A DNA stretch of 63,721 bases, counting the filler, from Octopus bimaculoides (taxonomy: Eukaryota): the NCBI RefSeq assembly GCF_001194135.2. It is 5 parts of 5 records of this genome, joined end to end, with 100 filler letters (N's around TTAATTAATTAA, not from the genome) between each part and the next. Parts side by side here need not be neighbours in the genome. Positions count along the whole stretch, not along the records: positions 61,918 to 63,721 come from NW_026368747.1; 4 more parts are not named here. The stretch is one strand, 5' to 3'. Positions 62,020-63,721 of the stretch are shown piece by piece (position 1 is the first letter of the stretch; every line of letters begins with the position of its first letter). Under the pieces are notes generated by a model, which saw nothing but the letters and a program-made list of their open reading frames with translations, did no database searches and was not told where the DNA came from. Position numbers and translations under genes: made by a program.

Positions 62020-62400
62020 ATACCCCATACTGAGGCCAGCTAAATACATTAAGGCCGTGTAAATATATTAATACATCCTCCATAAATAGTCATTGTAATA
62101 CGATGTTCGTATCAAGTAAACCTCCCTGATGGAGATGTTACATTAGAATGATAGAAGATGCATTTAAGTATCGAATGCATAGCTACACCTCCTCATTCAA
62201 AAACCACGACAAATAGATTATAGTGAAGCTAGCCAAATATGTATGGCTTTTGAAAGATGAACATTAATTGAAAAGTGAAAAAAAACTTACTCTAACAGCA
62301 GAAAGATATGTTGGAGAAAAAAAACTGATATTAAAATCTCACATTATCGGAAGCATTCGCCCGTTACATTAACAAAAGTACATTCTCCGATATGAATACA
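62020..62400 (+). mobile_element. Penelope-like element, GIY-YIG endonuclease remnant
   Basis: YIRMIEDAFKYRMHSYTSSFKNHDK*IIVKLAKYVW (cf. YIG.TE..FK.R...H.SSF....T.L.KY.W), then YSNSRKIC..EKK. Confidence 0.6.
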
Positions 62401-62850
62401 CCACCGTAATTTCATGTGATATTTCTTTCTCTTACTTATTTTCTCATTGAATAACTCCGTCATCTCCCCACAGTCTCTAGCAAAACACTTAAGTTATTAG
62501 GAAGAGAAAAAGAGATAAACAAAAAATATGGATATACAAAGTCTGATACGATACTGGAACTTTGTCAAAACATGCACTCATGTCCTAGCCTAAATCAAAG
62601 ACTCAAGCAGAACTATTTGTCCTGTGTTCTATTCTCTAAAGATATTAAAGAACTAATTAAATTCTCCATTTAAGATTGTAAAACATCTCAACAAGTGAAG
62701 ATGATTAATCGGCGAATAATATTCTATATGTGTGCTTCAAGGTAATTATTTACTAATTTTGCAAATAGAGCTAAATAATTCACATCAATAACAGAAATTT
62801 AATTATTGTTGCGGGATTAAAACATAGTTTTAATATCGGTTTCAAATATT

Positions 62851-63009
62851 CTTTTCTACTCAAGACACAAGGCCCGAAATTTTGGGGGAGGGGGTCAGTC
62901 GATTAGATCGATCCCAGTACGTAACTGGTACTTAATTTATCGACCCCGAAAGAATGAAAGGCGAAGTCGACCTCGGCGGAATTTTAACTCAGAACGTAAA
63001 GACAGACGA
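62851..63009 (-). mobile_element. Young 5'-truncated SINE with 19-bp TSD
   Basis: AATATCGGTTTCAAATATT at 62832-62850 and 63010-63028. The body closely matches the 19192-19407 family. Confidence 0.9.
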
Positions 63010-63028
63010 AATATCGGTTTCAAATATT

Positions 63029-63200
63029 GGCACAAAGACAGCAAGTTTAGAGGAGAATGTAAGTTCCCAGTGTTCAACTTATAGTTAATTCATCGACCCC
63101 CCCCCTCTCCAAAGGAGGAAAAGCAAATTAGACCTCGATGGAATTTGAACTCACAACGTAAAGACGGACGAAATGCCGCTAAGCATTTTACTCGGCGTAT
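63029..63200 (-). mobile_element. Older SINE whose tail received the 62851-63009 insertion
   Basis: GGCACAAAGACAGCAAGTT, CATCGACCCC, GGAATTTGAACTCACAACGTAAAGACGGACGAAATGCCGCTAAGCATTT. Confidence 0.8.
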
Positions 63201-63721
63201 GCAGTTTTAATATTAAAGTTATTTAATAAAAGTTTAATGTTTTAGAAATTTTCATCATAAACATTATGTCACACAAAACCATCCACACTACCGAAAATTC
63301 AAAAGATATACAAGGAATTCTATTTCTTAATTCTATAACAGCGTGTTCTTTAATACGAATAAAACATCACTGCAAGAAATTTGATAGAATGAGTACGCTG
63401 TTCAGCAGACAAACCAACAAAATGTTTCTCTGTATCTCCCGCATATCCAGAGTTGCGAGCCGGTCAGTCGTCTTTAAGTACTGGATCACTTAAAACCGTA
63501 CCATTAGCCTCCTCATATAAAGCTCACTGCTTCTGTTCAATAACAACCACAAAAGCTATCTAGATCTAGCTCTGAACAGAGGGGAACATATTTGTGTGTA
63601 TCGTGTATATAGGCGAACGTGGACGTACGTTAGAATTGCTGAGTATGTACATATACGCTTATCTGTGTGTGTGTGAGAGTTTGTTTATCTCAGCATACAC
63701 ACACATATATATATACACATG

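Overview
AT-rich, repeat-dense animal genomic DNA. The SINE families and microsatellite load point to an octopod cephalopod (inference). The window is not one locus: four identical 100-nt spacers (44 N + TTAATTAATTAA + 44 N) join five pieces (1-25008, 25109-46914, 47015-59241, 59342-61817, 61918-63721). The only host gene I can support is the 5' end of an ABCC1/MRP1-like ABC transporter on the minus strand (two clean TMD0 exons, 50245-50069 and 47580-47458). It lies in a CpG-depleted block, with a CpG-rich candidate promoter near 58.3-58.9 kb. The rest is transposon-derived or tandem repeat: two mariner remnants, several R4/Dong-type RLE LINEs (one near full length), L1/Tx1, RTE, CR1-type and Penelope-like fragments, many tRNA-derived SINEs, foldback elements and microsatellites. 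The most unusual structures are (i) a ~9.4-kb CpG-dense compound satellite, in which a hairpin-forming 51-bp unit flanks a 7-kb CGAA/CGTA mosaic with internal duplications and a terminal inversion, and (ii) a ~550-bp non-coding element without a tRNA head, found four times and always against (AAT)n tracts, probably a passenger of TAA-targeting Dong/R4 LINEs. Most ORFs in the supplied track are repeat or N-gap artefacts. Boundaries of degenerate repeats are approximate, and all identities and counts were read by eye.
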